Assembly: GCA_050293845.1 (NCBI GenBank)
Contig: JBNKNM010000011.1
Location: 16,440-64,992 of the forward strand
DNA: 48,553 bases
Reading direction: 5' to 3'
DNA from: Pseudobacteriovorax sp.
Lineage (GTDB): Bacteria; Bdellovibrionota_B; Oligoflexia; Oligoflexales; Oligoflexaceae
The notes beneath the pieces were generated by a model. It was not told the origin of the DNA, ran no database searches, and saw only the letters and a list, made by a program, of their open reading frames with translations. Position numbers and translations under genes: made by a program. This document shows, piece by piece, positions 10,302-20,677 of this stretch; within the stretch, counting starts at the first letter, position 1, and each line of letters begins with the position of its first letter.

Positions 10302-11617
10302 TTTATCTCTCTATTATTAGGAAAAAGCAATTTTAATGCATCAGCCATATCTTCGGGAAAATAGCCATCTGGGGGGTTCCGTACACCCCGGCCAGCGTCA
10401 CCCGATAGTTTATTAGTAATAGATTTTATCATATTGTCTAGGGCCATCATCTGTTCTTCAGTGAGTTCGCTAAGGGGGCCTTTTGCCAAAGACCTGGCCT
10501 TTTCCTTGGTGAACAGATCCGTTAAATACTGACGAAAACCTGAAAGCGCTGGCTTCAGATTCAAGCCGTTCATCCAATTAATAAAAGTAGATGAATTTTC
10601 TATAATAATTGACTTACCAATTTCGGCTGCCTTACGTCTTTCCTCAAAATTTTCGCCCACGACTTGTTTGAGATCGTCGATGTCAAACAGAAATACATCA
10701 TCGAGTTCTGCGCATTTGGGATCTATATCCCTGGGTAGTGCTATATCAATTATAAATGTAGGGCGGTTGTCCCTGATGGTTTGCGAACGTTCGACGATCT
10801 CTTTGCTGAGGATGAATTCATTAGCGGAAGTAGAGCTAATGAGTACATCGCACGTGGGAAGAAGTTCATGTAGATCCTCCCAGGCATAGGCGTTACCAGC
10901 ACCAAGATTTTGTACGAGATTTTGAGCGTTCTTAAGAGTGCGATTGATTATACTCAAACTTTTAGGATTATATTTCAGGGCGTATTTGGCTGCGACTTCA
11001 GCCATTTCTCCGGCACCGATGATGAGCACCCGATAGTCTTTGATATGACCATAAATGCGGTTGGCTAAGTCAATAGCCGCATGACTAATTGATACGGGTC
11101 TTTTAGAGATATCAGTTTGGGTGCGTACTTTTTTTGAGGAAGAAAAAGCCTCCTGGGATAGCCGCTTCAGAATGGGTCCGATTGTTCCCTTATCAACAGC
11201 TAGCCTTGTGGCTTCTTTAAACTGACCCGTGATTTGGGTCTCGCCTAAGACTAGTGAATCTAGACCCGAGGCTACAGAAAAAGCATGTTGAACCGCTTCG
11301 TGATTGATTAAACGATAGCTATGCTTAATGATGTCATTTTTCAAATCTTCCTTGGGGTGCGGGCTTAACTCTTGTAGATCTATGAAAATCTCAAGCAAGT
11401 GGTCAGCCTTGACTTCGCTGCGGTGCAGAACACCGTAGAGCTCCAAACGGTTGCAGGTGGATAGGACCATTATTTCTTGGATGTGATGCTTTTTTACCAC
11501 TTGAGGTAGAGCTGCATCTATGTCCTCATGGCTTAAAAACAGTGTTTCCCGAAAGTCTAATCCTGCAGACTCGTGATTTGTTCCAACGCAAAATAAAACG
11601 GGAAGTTTTTCGTTCAA
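10298..11617 (-). CDS. hemA: Glutamyl-tRNA reductase
   Basis: LSTCNRLE, SGLDSLVLGETQITGQ, IGAGEM, DIALPRDID. Confidence 0.96.
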   Translation of the reverse strand: MNEKLPVLFCVGTNHESAGLDFRETLFLSHEDIDAALPQVVKKHHIQEIMVLSTCNRLELYGVLHRSEVKADHLLEIFIDLQELSPHPKEDLKNDIIKHSYRLINHEAVQHAFSVASGLDSLVLGETQITGQFKEATRLAVDKGTIGPILKRLSQEAFSSSKKVRTQTDISKRPVSISHAAIDLANRIYGHIKDYRVLIIGAGEMAEVAAKYALKYNPKSLSIINRTLKNAQNLVQNLGAGNAYAWEDLHELLPTCDVLISSTSANEFILSKEIVERSQTIRDNRPTFIIDIALPRDIDPKCAELDDVFLFDIDDLKQVVGENFEERRKAAEIGKSIIIENSSTFINWMNGLNLKPALSGFRQYLTDLFTKEKARSLAKGPLSELTEEQMMALDNMIKSITNKLSGDAGRGVRNPPDGYFPEDMADALKLLFPNNREIK

Positions 11618-11627
11618 AGTTTATTTC

Positions 11628-12419
11628 CTATATTCCTAACAACCCAAAAAAACCGAGAGCCATAATACCAAAGCCAATAAAGGTCATGTTGGCCATTTTT
11701 TTTCCAGAAATTTTAAAAACATTCCTGCCTAGTAGGATTGCTAGGTACCATGCCCAAACTACTAAGGCCCATATAATTTTCGATGTGATTTCAGGAGTCT
11801 GCTGACCAGCATAAAACTGAGTGTAGATGGTACCGAGTATAAGTCCCGTTGTTAGAAACAGGAAGCATAGCCAAATGCAATTGAATAGAGCTTTTTCCAA
11901 GCCCGCAAGGCTGAGGTTGGCTACTAGAAGGCGGTTTAATTGCTTCATTTTCATAGCTCTGTACTGAATAATCAACAGAATGGCTACAGCAACAGCTAAT
12001 ATGCCGAAGGCTTCACCAATAACGCTCGCGTAGATATGAACTTGAACTAAAAGTTTGGGCTGTTCGACCATAGCAATCTGATGGGGTGAAGTGGTCAGCA
12101 GATGAACCAGAGAAATTAGTGTGACCAGTGGTGCGACGAAAGTACCTGCTAGGTTGATGCGGAAAAACATCTGCACAAATAGAGTCATCCATGCCAATAA
12201 CGCTACCAGTAGAAAGCCGCTGGTGACATTATAAACTCCCTGAATAGTTGAATTGATAGCTAAATATGTCATAAGAAATGTAGCAACAATAAACAAACCA
12301 TAGGCAATTTTATTAAGGGTATCTTTATTTTTGGCGCTAGAAAATGCGTGTAGGTAACACCCTGACGAGACGGCAAAGAAAATTAGAGCTATTACTACAG
12401 CAATATGATTGGGATTCAA
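11628..12419 (-). CDS. CcsA/HemX-family cytochrome c assembly membrane protein
   Basis: About 8 TM segments, LLVQVHIYAS histidine, SKIIWALVVWAWY; directly upstream of hemA; AAGGAGG before the TTG start. Confidence 0.8.
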   Translation of the reverse strand: MNPNHIAVVIALIFFAVSSGCYLHAFSSAKNKDTLNKIAYGLFIVATFLMTYLAINSTIQGVYNVTSGFLLVALLAWMTLFVQMFFRINLAGTFVAPLVTLISLVHLLTTSPHQIAMVEQPKLLVQVHIYASVIGEAFGILAVAVAILLIIQYRAMKMKQLNRLLVANLSLAGLEKALFNCIWLCFLFLTTGLILGTIYTQFYAGQQTPEITSKIIWALVVWAWYLAILLGRNVFKISGKKMANMTFIGFGIMALGFFGLLGI

Positions 12420-12721
12420 AGCAACCCTCCTTTTAGGAATACTGCGCTAGTTTTAACTACAGGTTCTGTACTGTAGTTCTATATAATTAACCCAATCGAA
12501 GCTTAGGGAGAATGTGTTTTTAGTATAGCCGTTCTTCCTAGGCTAATTTTGCCGACTTCCTCAGATCAGCAATTTTCGCTCGACTCGGTGGCTGACTGGG
12601 AAGGAAAGAGCCTCCAGAACAATAGTTAACTGCAGTTCTTTTTTCCCTTGTGTCTTGATTCATGCGAATTAGCGTATTTGGTTACTACGACTACTTATAC
12701 CCAGGCCTCCAGTTGTACGCT

Positions 12722-14050
12722 CTATATGGGACTGTCTTGAAAATCTTCGAGAATTTTTTTGAAAGTAGCCAGAAATTTAGCCCCTCCTTCCCCATCAATG
12801 ACCCGATGATCAAATGTCAAACTCGCCAGCATTTGAGGGCGGATGGCAATCATGTCATTATCGACCACTACAGGTCTCTTGACGATGGTTCCTATTCCCA
12901 AAATGGCTACCTGGGGTTGGTTAATAATGGGGTTGGACGTAAGACTACCAAATCCCCCTGGATTGGTCACCGAAAAGGTGCCACCTTGTACTTCATCAGG
13001 TTTTAATTTTTTTGATCGGGCTCGTTCCACAAGGTCGTTTAGACGGCGAGAAATGCCCAGAAGGCTTAATTCACCCGCTTTCTTGATGACCGGTACGATA
13101 AGTCCGCCATTGATAGCGACAGCACATCCCAAGTTAATATCTTTTTTATAAAGAATATCATTGCCATCCAGTGAAGTGTTAACAATAGGGTGTTTCTTGA
13201 TAGCCTCAGCTGCTGCCTGAAGGATAAAAGGGGTATAGGTTAGTTTGAACCCTTCAGTTCTTTGAAATTCAGATTTGGATTGCTCTCTGAGTTGGACTAC
13301 CTTGTGCATATCAATTTCAAAGACTGTTGTCACATGGGGTGACGTGCGAACAGAGTCAACCATATGATCGGCAATAAGTTTTCGCATGCGGCTCATCGCT
13401 TCTCTTTGGACCTCTACTCCTTCCAGATACTCTTTGCCGTCCGCATCTTTACTTAAATTAAGAGAAGGGGAACTAGTTGGGCTTGAAGACCTTGTCACTA
13501 GAGAAGAGCTGGGAGTTGCGGGAGCTTCTGTATGGATATGAGAAGCCTGTCCCCCAGTTGTTACAACTGGTGAAACGTTCAAAACATCGCGCTTTGTGAT
13601 GCGGCCGTGCAAACCTGATCCTGCTACTTGGGAAAGGTCAATGCCCTTTTCAGCAGCGATTTTTCGTACTAGGGGGGAGCTACGGACCCCAGGAGCGTTA
13701 TTAACAGTAGCTGGGGCCATCTTTGGAGGCTCCCCTTGGGGAGAGGTATGCGTCTTTGTAACTTCTGGAGGAGTTGTGGTGTTTGCGGCTATAGTAGCAG
13801 AGTCGGAAGCACTGTCACCTATTACACCCAACACCTGATTGACTTCTACTGTAGTACCTTCAGGGGTTTGAATTTTCAGCAAAACCCCATCAGCTGGAGC
13901 GGGTATTTCGGTATCGACCTTGTCTGTGGACACTTCTAACAGAGGAGCATCCTTTTTAACAGGGTCCCCTTCTTTTACTAGCCAATTTGAAACAGTTGCT
14001 TCATTAACACCTTCCCCCATGAGAGGAAGAAGTATCTCTGTCGTCGCCAT
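12722..14050 (-). CDS. 2-oxoacid dehydrogenase E2 (dihydrolipoamide acyltransferase), single lipoyl domain
   Basis: Lipoyl EVSTDKVDTEIP, E3-binding SPLVRKIAAEKGIDL, catalytic FDHRVIDG; ATG at 14050 with GGAG preferred over 14062. Confidence 0.93.
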   Translation of the reverse strand: MATTEILLPLMGEGVNEATVSNWLVKEGDPVKKDAPLLEVSTDKVDTEIPAPADGVLLKIQTPEGTTVEVNQVLGVIGDSASDSATIAANTTTPPEVTKTHTSPQGEPPKMAPATVNNAPGVRSSPLVRKIAAEKGIDLSQVAGSGLHGRITKRDVLNVSPVVTTGGQASHIHTEAPATPSSSLVTRSSSPTSSPSLNLSKDADGKEYLEGVEVQREAMSRMRKLIADHMVDSVRTSPHVTTVFEIDMHKVVQLREQSKSEFQRTEGFKLTYTPFILQAAAEAIKKHPIVNTSLDGNDILYKKDINLGCAVAINGGLIVPVIKKAGELSLLGISRRLNDLVERARSKKLKPDEVQGGTFSVTNPGGFGSLTSNPIINQPQVAILGIGTIVKRPVVVDNDMIAIRPQMLASLTFDHRVIDGEGGAKFLATFKKILEDFQDSPI

Positions 14051-14094
14051 TACTTTCTCCAAAAAAATGTATACCTGGGTTTCTTTCTCATTGG

Positions 14095-15486
14095 TTACAT
14101 ATGAATTGCGCCACCCATGGCATCGTGCGCAGCTTCCATAATTGTTTCAGATATAGTCGGGTGCGGATGTATGGTCATCGCAATTTCATCTACAGTAGTC
14201 TCTAATACCTTGCCTAGAGCGAACTCGGCAATCAGTTCTGTGGCAGTGGCCCCGATAATATGAACGCCTAAAATTTCCCTGTATTTAGGTTCAAACACAA
14301 TTTTAACAAATCCCATCGTCGCATCTTCGATTTTTGATTTGGCCATGGGAGCAAAAGGAAATTTGCCTACCTTGTAGTCTATTCCCTTATCTTTACACGC
14401 CTCTTCGGTAAGGCCAATACTAGCGACTTCAGGGTATGTATAGATGGCATTGGGGTTGGCCTCGTAATTGATAAGCTGTGGTTGGTGACCAGCAATGACC
14501 TCTGCAGCGTGATGCGCTTCAGCTGATGCCGTGTGGGCTAATGCGGGAGTATTAATGATATCGCCAATAGCGTAAATATTGCTGACGCTCGTGCGATAGT
14601 TCTGATCTACCTTAATAAAGCCACCCGTTTCTGGCTTAATGCCAACCTTTTCCAGGCCTAGGTCATTGGTTACAGGTTCTCGACCAATGGACAGCAGCAC
14701 CTTATCAAAGATGCGATCTTTTTTACCTTCACAGGAAATTGTGACTTTTTTCCCATCATCGTTAACGGACTTAAGTTTAGTAGCGGTATCTACCGTAATC
14801 TTTTGCTTTTTTAGCTGCCTTGTCATCTCTTTAATCACTTCACCATCTTCTGAGGGCAGAATTTGTGGTAGCAGCTCAATAACGGTCACCTGCGATCCCA
14901 TCCGGGCAAACAGTGAGGCAAATTCTGTACCAACAACCCCACCACCCACAACAGCCAGTGTATTAGGAACATGGTCAATGGAAAGGATGTGATCAGAGTT
15001 TAGAATATTCTTTCCATTAGATTGAGCAAAAGGAAGTTCTTTGATACGACTTCCTGTTGCTAAGAGGATGTTTTTACAATTAATGGTTTGCTGTTTGCTA
15101 GTAGAATCAGTTATGACCACAGAAGTATGGGATAACAGGCGAGCGTGCCCTTGAAAAACATCTATCTTGTTTTTCTTCATTAGGAATTTAAGGCCCTTCC
15201 GCTGCTGATCCACGATTTTATTTTTTCGATCCATGATTTTCGACCAGTCATAGGTGATTTTTCCTGTTTGGAAGCCCATGTCTGCTGCATGTTGCAGTTT
15301 GTCCCAGGTTTTTGCAGAGGCTAAAAGAGCTTTGGTTGGGATACATCCGACGTTTAAGCAGGTACCACCTAGATGCTCACGTTTTTCTATAAGCGCTACT
15401 TTTAATCCTAACTTAGCTGCTTTAATAGCGCCAACCTCGCCGCCAGGTCCTGCTCCGATGACAACTAAATCATATGTCGTAGTCAT
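14095..15486 (-). CDS. lpdA: Dihydrolipoamide dehydrogenase (E3)
   Basis: GAGPGG, GGTCLNVGCIP, GGGVVG, HPHPTISE; ATG at 15486 with GGAG. Confidence 0.96.
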   Translation of the reverse strand: MTTTYDLVVIGAGPGGEVGAIKAAKLGLKVALIEKREHLGGTCLNVGCIPTKALLASAKTWDKLQHAADMGFQTGKITYDWSKIMDRKNKIVDQQRKGLKFLMKKNKIDVFQGHARLLSHTSVVITDSTSKQQTINCKNILLATGSRIKELPFAQSNGKNILNSDHILSIDHVPNTLAVVGGGVVGTEFASLFARMGSQVTVIELLPQILPSEDGEVIKEMTRQLKKQKITVDTATKLKSVNDDGKKVTISCEGKKDRIFDKVLLSIGREPVTNDLGLEKVGIKPETGGFIKVDQNYRTSVSNIYAIGDIINTPALAHTASAEAHHAAEVIAGHQPQLINYEANPNAIYTYPEVASIGLTEEACKDKGIDYKVGKFPFAPMAKSKIEDATMGFVKIVFEPKYREILGVHIIGATATELIAEFALGKVLETTVDEIAMTIHPHPTISETIMEAAHDAMGGAIHM

Positions 15487-15610
15487 GATATATCTCCAAG
15501 TATTTTCCGGGTTTGGGGCCAAAATGGTCAATCGAGGTATGAAGATATACCAACAATTGAAGATATTTAAAGTAATTATTTGGTATAATTAATGCGACAT
15601 ATAGGGGAAA

Positions 15611-15618
15611 GCCGATAA
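15611..15618 (+). promoter_or_regulatory. Perfect sigma-28 -10 element GCCGATAA upstream of a small hypothetical gene (weak -35)
   Basis: GCCGATAA lies 27 bp before ATG 15646. Confidence 0.4.
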
Positions 15619-15645
15619 GTTGTTGTAACTATGCGGAGGTTTAGA

Positions 15646-15894
15646 ATGGCAAAAGTATTGGAATTTAAACCAAGCCAGTCTACTGAAATTAAGACTGCAG
15701 AATCGTTAGTTAAAATTGCCGAGGAAATCGATGCTGTGATTCTACGACATCTTCAGGAGGATCATGTAGATCCTCGTGATCTGGTGGGTCTTCTATCCCA
15801 CCGACTGGGAACCTTGATGAATCATTTAGAGGAAAAATCGGAGCTTTGGTATATTTGCGAAAAGGTGATGAAGCGCCAAGCTCAGATAGACTAG
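15646..15894 (+). CDS. Small hypothetical helical protein (82 aa)
   Basis: GGAGG before ATG 15646 (MAKVLEFKP...); fills the gap between lpdA and engB. Confidence 0.7.
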   Translation: MAKVLEFKPSQSTEIKTAESLVKIAEEIDAVILRHLQEDHVDPRDLVGLLSHRLGTLMNHLEEKSELWYICEKVMKRQAQID

Positions 15895-16469
15895 TCTAAA
15901 TAGGGATTTAGGACTGTGGATCGCAGTTCGTTGATACCTTTCATTTTAAGGGATGAGGTTTCTATGATTGTTTTGACATCTACTCCTAAATAGCCGAGAT
16001 GCTCCCCAAGTTTATCTTTGCTTTTCCTAAGCTCTTGCCTAGATAATTTGTCGCACTTAGTCATAACGACTGTGACAGCTAATTGACGACTCAGCTTAAA
16101 AACCAATTGCTCATCAATGGGCTCCAGCTTTCTTCTGCAGTCAAAAAGATGTATTAGCTCCGTTATATTAGGTCGCCGTAGGTATGCCTCACTGAGGGGT
16201 TCCCAGTGTTTGGCGATGTCACGACGTGCTATATTATACCCATAACCTGGTAAATCTGCCAAAATGACTTTGCTATTTACGCTAAAGAAGTTGATCATCT
16301 GAGTCTGCCCAGGGGTACGACCATGGCGGGCAAGATTCCTACGCCCCAATAAGCTATTGAGAAGAGAAGACTTTCCTGTATTGGAACGACCTATAAATGC
16401 TAATTCGGGAAGCTCATAAACGGGAAGCTGTTCAGGTTTTGCTGCACTAGTGATATATGTGGAGTTCAT
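15891..16469 (-). CDS. engB: Ribosome biogenesis GTPase YihA/YsxC
   Basis: GRSNTGKSS, TPGQTQ, DLPGYG, TKCDK. Confidence 0.95.
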   Translation of the reverse strand: MNSTYITSAAKPEQLPVYELPELAFIGRSNTGKSSLLNSLLGRRNLARHGRTPGQTQMINFFSVNSKVILADLPGYGYNIARRDIAKHWEPLSEAYLRRPNITELIHLFDCRRKLEPIDEQLVFKLSRQLAVTVVMTKCDKLSRQELRKSKDKLGEHLGYLGVDVKTIIETSSLKMKGINELRSTVLNPYLD

Positions 16470-16496
16470 TGAGTTATCCTCTATAGGTCATACGTA

Positions 16497-18410
16497 ATGC
16501 CAAAAGTACATTTACTCGAAGATGAGCTAATAAACAAGATCGCTGCTGGTGAAGTGGTCGAACGCCCTTCTAGCGTAGTGAAAGAACTCGTGGAGAATTC
16601 TATCGATGCCGGGGCGACTAAAATTCAAATCGAATTAGAGGATGGTGGGAAAAAGCTTATTAGAGTTGTGGATAATGGCTCGGGCATGGATCATGAAGAT
16701 GCGATCATTTCACTTAAACGCCATTGTACCTCGAAGATAACGGCCATTGATGATCTTTTTAATGTAGCGACCATGGGATTTCGTGGGGAAGCTTTAGCCT
16801 CTATTTCTGCCGTCTCCCACTTTACATTGTCCACACGGCGAGAAGGATCTGAGACGGGGACACGGATTGTTTTTAAAGATGGCCATCAACAGGTTGATCC
16901 TTGGTCAGGTCCATCGGGAACACAGATCAGCATCGCCGATCTTTTTTTTAATGTGCCTGCCCGCAAAGCTTTCCTTAAAACAGGAGCCGCTGAATTTGCG
17001 CAATGTCATGAGTTTGTGCAGGCTCTTGTTCTAAATCGGCCTGATCTCAGTTTGTCTTTAAAACATAATGGAAAAATTCATCTCGATGTCAACTCTCTTG
17101 AAACCCAAAGCCCAGAACTTTGGGGGGAATTTGCCATTAGAAAACGTGCTGAAATGATAATGCCAGATACGAATGGAATGATATATTTGTGTCAAGCTGA
17201 TAAATTTGGGTCTTTGGAAGCCCTTTGTTCTCCTCCTGGAATGGAGCGGGGGAGCCATAAATTTATGTTTACCTTTGTCAATGGGCGATGGGTTAAAGAT
17301 AGGATACTAAGATATAGCATATTACGAGGGTACCATAGCCATTTACTCAAGGGAAAATTTCCCATTTGTGCTATGAATCTTCGTGTTGAACCGAGCTTGG
17401 TGGATGTCAATGTTCATCCCGCAAAAGCCGAAGTAAGATTTCAGTATACCCATGAGGTTCAATCTTTCTTAGCGCAAACTATCAAGGATCGTTTAAGGGA
17501 TGGTGACTGGGCGACAGCTGAGGCAGAGTCTAGGGACCCTGCGGTTAAAGAGCGTGCTCAACCCTCGGTGACCACAAATAAGCAAACTTTTAACCAAAAT
17601 CGTCTATCCCATTCTGAGCGCGATGTTGATTTGTTCTTTAAGCAGGAAAAAAAGGAAAGTTTCTATAAACCAGCGAAGCTTAAAACATCTGTTCGTTCTT
17701 TTGAGCACTCTAGCTTACCATCAGCCCCCAGCAATAAGACATCGGAACCTGTTGAAACGGTGCCGGCTAGGGGGGGGGCAAATTATACTAGTCAGACATT
17801 TGAAGTTGACCTAACCGAAAATACTGCTGCCAAAAGTACAATCCCTTGGCAGCATATGCGGTTTTTAGGCGCCTTTGGCAAATGTTATTTGTTATTTGAG
17901 TGGCAGGATAAGCTCTACGCCCTTGATCAACACGCTTTTCATGAAAGAATTCTTTATGAAAGGCTTTTGCAAAATGACAAAATCCTTCAAGAAAGACAAC
18001 CTTTGCTCATGCCTGAGGTTTTGCACTTGGGGTCAGAAACAACACAGAAATTGGTAGAAGCCTATGATGACTTTTCTCAATATGGTTTTGATTACAAAAA
18101 AGTCAGTCAGGATGAGATTGAAGTCAATTGTGTGCCATCGCTACTTAAAAATGTTGATCTGGAAACGCTATTCTTAGAGCTTTCTCTGGAACTGGTGGGT
18201 GAAGATCCGCGACAATTTCTAGGACATCATACCCTTGCTACAATTGCCTGCCATGCAGCGGTGAGGTCTGGGGAAGAACTACCTGAAGGAGAGTTAGAGT
18301 TTCTTTTAGGGGAAGCTGACTCCGTGGATTTTTATGAAAACTGTCCGCATGGCCGGCGGGTTATCAAGATTTGGTCCCGTGATGAAGTCGGGAAGTGGTT
18401 TGATCGCTAA
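16497..18410 (+). CDS. mutL: DNA mismatch repair endonuclease MutL
   Basis: IAAGEVVERP, ENSIDAG, GFRGEAL, DVNVHPAK; endonuclease motifs DQHAFHERILYE, ACH and CPHGR. Confidence 0.97.
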   Translation: MPKVHLLEDELINKIAAGEVVERPSSVVKELVENSIDAGATKIQIELEDGGKKLIRVVDNGSGMDHEDAIISLKRHCTSKITAIDDLFNVATMGFRGEALASISAVSHFTLSTRREGSETGTRIVFKDGHQQVDPWSGPSGTQISIADLFFNVPARKAFLKTGAAEFAQCHEFVQALVLNRPDLSLSLKHNGKIHLDVNSLETQSPELWGEFAIRKRAEMIMPDTNGMIYLCQADKFGSLEALCSPPGMERGSHKFMFTFVNGRWVKDRILRYSILRGYHSHLLKGKFPICAMNLRVEPSLVDVNVHPAKAEVRFQYTHEVQSFLAQTIKDRLRDGDWATAEAESRDPAVKERAQPSVTTNKQTFNQNRLSHSERDVDLFFKQEKKESFYKPAKLKTSVRSFEHSSLPSAPSNKTSEPVETVPARGGANYTSQTFEVDLTENTAAKSTIPWQHMRFLGAFGKCYLLFEWQDKLYALDQHAFHERILYERLLQNDKILQERQPLLMPEVLHLGSETTQKLVEAYDDFSQYGFDYKKVSQDEIEVNCVPSLLKNVDLETLFLELSLELVGEDPRQFLGHHTLATIACHAAVRSGEELPEGELEFLLGEADSVDFYENCPHGRRVIKIWSRDEVGKWFDR

Positions 18411-19309
18411 TGGATAAGAGAAAATATATAGTAGTTGCTGGACCAACTGCCAGTGGTAAGTCTTCTTTGGCGATCGATCTAGCCACAAGACTAGGAGGTG
18501 AAGTTGTCAATTGCGATTCGATTCAAGTTTATCAAGAGCTTAATATAGGATCTGCCAAACCTTCTGCGGAGGAAATGGCTCAAGTAGCACACCATCTTTT
18601 CGATATCATTAAACCTGACCAAGAGTTTGATGCTAACAAATTTGCCACTCTTGGCCGTTTGACGATTGCGGAGATTATTTCCCGAGGAAAAATCCCTATC
18701 GTCGTGGGCGGAACGGGATTATATCTCAGAGCTTTATGGGGACAGAATTTCAATGCCTTACCTAAAAGTGAATCATTGCGAAAAAAACTTTCCCAATTAA
18801 GCTCAAATGAGCTCCTTGGCATCTTAGAGGACAAAGCGCCGCGACGAAAAAGTCAGGTTCACCCCAATGATCGATTCCGTTTACAAAGAGCAGCAGAGTT
18901 AGCGCTTCTAGTAGGTGATGTAAGCGCGTCTCCTCAAAATGAAGACACAAGTGCGGAAGCGTTTAAAATCTACTGTAAAGTGGATCGTGGTTGCTTACAT
19001 CAAAAAATTGAAGCTAGAACAGAAAAGATGCTTGCAGCAGGACTTGTGGATGAAGTTAAAAATCTACTTAAAAAATACCCCCCCCATACTAAACCGTTAC
19101 AGAGTATCGGTTATCGACAAGTGGTAGATTATTTATCTGGAAAACTTGAGCATGGCAACTTAGCGAACATCATTGCAACAGCGACTAGACAATATGCTAA
19201 GCGCCAGGAAACTTGGTTTCGAAAAGTCTCATTTGATTTCTACTACAAGGCGGCTATTGAGCTGGATACTCTAATATCCTGTATTGATTGCAAAGAAAGT
19301 TCTAATTGA
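18410..19309 (+). CDS. miaA: tRNA dimethylallyltransferase
   Basis: GPTASGKS, DSIQVY, GGTGLY, YAKRQETWF. Confidence 0.96.
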   Translation: MDKRKYIVVAGPTASGKSSLAIDLATRLGGEVVNCDSIQVYQELNIGSAKPSAEEMAQVAHHLFDIIKPDQEFDANKFATLGRLTIAEIISRGKIPIVVGGTGLYLRALWGQNFNALPKSESLRKKLSQLSSNELLGILEDKAPRRKSQVHPNDRFRLQRAAELALLVGDVSASPQNEDTSAEAFKIYCKVDRGCLHQKIEARTEKMLAAGLVDEVKNLLKKYPPHTKPLQSIGYRQVVDYLSGKLEHGNLANIIATATRQYAKRQETWFRKVSFDFYYKAAIELDTLISCIDCKESSN

Positions 19310-19326
19310 ACTCCTTAACAAATTGT

Positions 19327-19353
19327 TCAAATTTTTAGATAGGATACCGATAC
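19327..19353 (+). promoter_or_regulatory. Putative sigma-28 (FliA)-type promoter
   Basis: TCAA-N15-ACCGATAC, 34 bp before the lipoprotein ATG. Confidence 0.5.
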
Positions 19354-19387
19354 GGAGAGTATGGTGGATCTATGCGGATGGTAATAC

Positions 19388-20677
19388 ATGAACTTGGTAG
19401 TGACATATTGCTGCTTTTTAGTTTGGCTTTTGGGAGTCCAAGGGTGTACCGATATTGTGGTCAAAGTTGGTAAAAAGGAAAAATCTCGCAACCTTGATGT
19501 GGCAGCGGCAGTAGACAATTCCGAATTGATTTCGGTACGCGAAATCGAATTTTATCTCAATAATATAGATAATTTAAGAAACAGTAGTGCTGAAGCTTTT
19601 CTGCAAAAGATTCAAAAAAATTGGCGTCGAGTTTTCCGCAGGGAGTTTAGAGTGCTAAGAGATTCTCTGATTGAGGCGGGAGAACGCGAACATAAATATT
19701 ACGATGGCATTTTTTTTGATGTATCTACAGAGGATTGCACCGAATTAGAAAAATTAGATTTCAGAAGCTTTGACGGTCTAGAAAAAATGGGTAACTTGCT
19801 GGAAGGTAGCTTCATAGTCCATCTTAGCTACGAACAGGCGCAAAAGTTGAATCCGGACCTGGCGCAAGTTTTGGATGTGACCACCAATGTTGTTCTATTC
19901 GAGCTTGGCATGAGGGCTAATGGTTGGAGCGAGTTTACAACTGAAGAAGGGCTTGAAAACTACAGGACCAAGGTCCTTTGGAAGGTCGATCCGGAAGTTG
20001 GCGATTTACCAGAAGAAAAGCTTCATGATGATATAGGTATGGAACTTGATTTTACCCGGAGGGCTGAGCATGGAGCCCCTAAGTCTCTGACCCTGACCTT
20101 AACTGCTGCCGCGGGGCTTTTCGAGCAACAAGTCACCGGCCCGGTTTACAAACTTGAGGTTACCGGCATTTGGAGTGAATCTACCCTTAAGGGGCTAAGT
20201 TTTGAAAACATTATCAAAATATCTAAAGACGACGAGCTGACCTATAGCCGGCAATTTGTTCTGGAACAGTCCCATAAATTTTCCCCAGTGTACTTATTTC
20301 GTGATACTGTCCGCTATCAACTACCTGATGAGCAGTCCCGTCAGGTGCTTATTGATTTTGGAGCTCTAGAGAAATGTGCTCTGGAGCATTCGCGCATTAT
20401 GGTTCCAGGCGTTATTGGAATGGACGTACCCACTGCTGATAATACTCTTAAGTCTTTTAGTTTTAAGATGAACGTGGTGGAAGACAGAACCGGTGGCACT
20501 GATCCGGCTGCAACGGTGAGCGCTCAAACGCCCCGGGCAGGGACCCACGCTCCTGCGGGATCAGAAGTTAAGGTTATCTTGGATTATCCTGCTGATGATC
20601 CTTTTGAAAGCCCGTCTTCAAATGATAATGGCGAAGAGCCTCCTGTGGGAGAACAGTCTGATTCTACTGCAGGCTGA
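19388..20677 (+). CDS. Predicted lipoprotein with C-terminal PASTA domain
   Basis: Lipobox-like LLGVQG|C; PASTA pattern MVPGVIGMDVPTADNTLKSFSF...TVSAQTPRAGTHAPAGSEVKVIL; acidic tail. Confidence 0.75.
   Translation: MNLVVTYCCFLVWLLGVQGCTDIVVKVGKKEKSRNLDVAAAVDNSELISVREIEFYLNNIDNLRNSSAEAFLQKIQKNWRRVFRREFRVLRDSLIEAGEREHKYYDGIFFDVSTEDCTELEKLDFRSFDGLEKMGNLLEGSFIVHLSYEQAQKLNPDLAQVLDVTTNVVLFELGMRANGWSEFTTEEGLENYRTKVLWKVDPEVGDLPEEKLHDDIGMELDFTRRAEHGAPKSLTLTLTAAAGLFEQQVTGPVYKLEVTGIWSESTLKGLSFENIIKISKDDELTYSRQFVLEQSHKFSPVYLFRDTVRYQLPDEQSRQVLIDFGALEKCALEHSRIMVPGVIGMDVPTADNTLKSFSFKMNVVEDRTGGTDPAATVSAQTPRAGTHAPAGSEVKVILDYPADDPFESPSSNDNGEEPPVGEQSDSTAG

Noticed and set aside
12722..14050. Assigning sucB, aceF or bkdB to the E2 gene
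   Set aside because: No E1 genes are adjacent and the motifs do not let me determine acyl specificity
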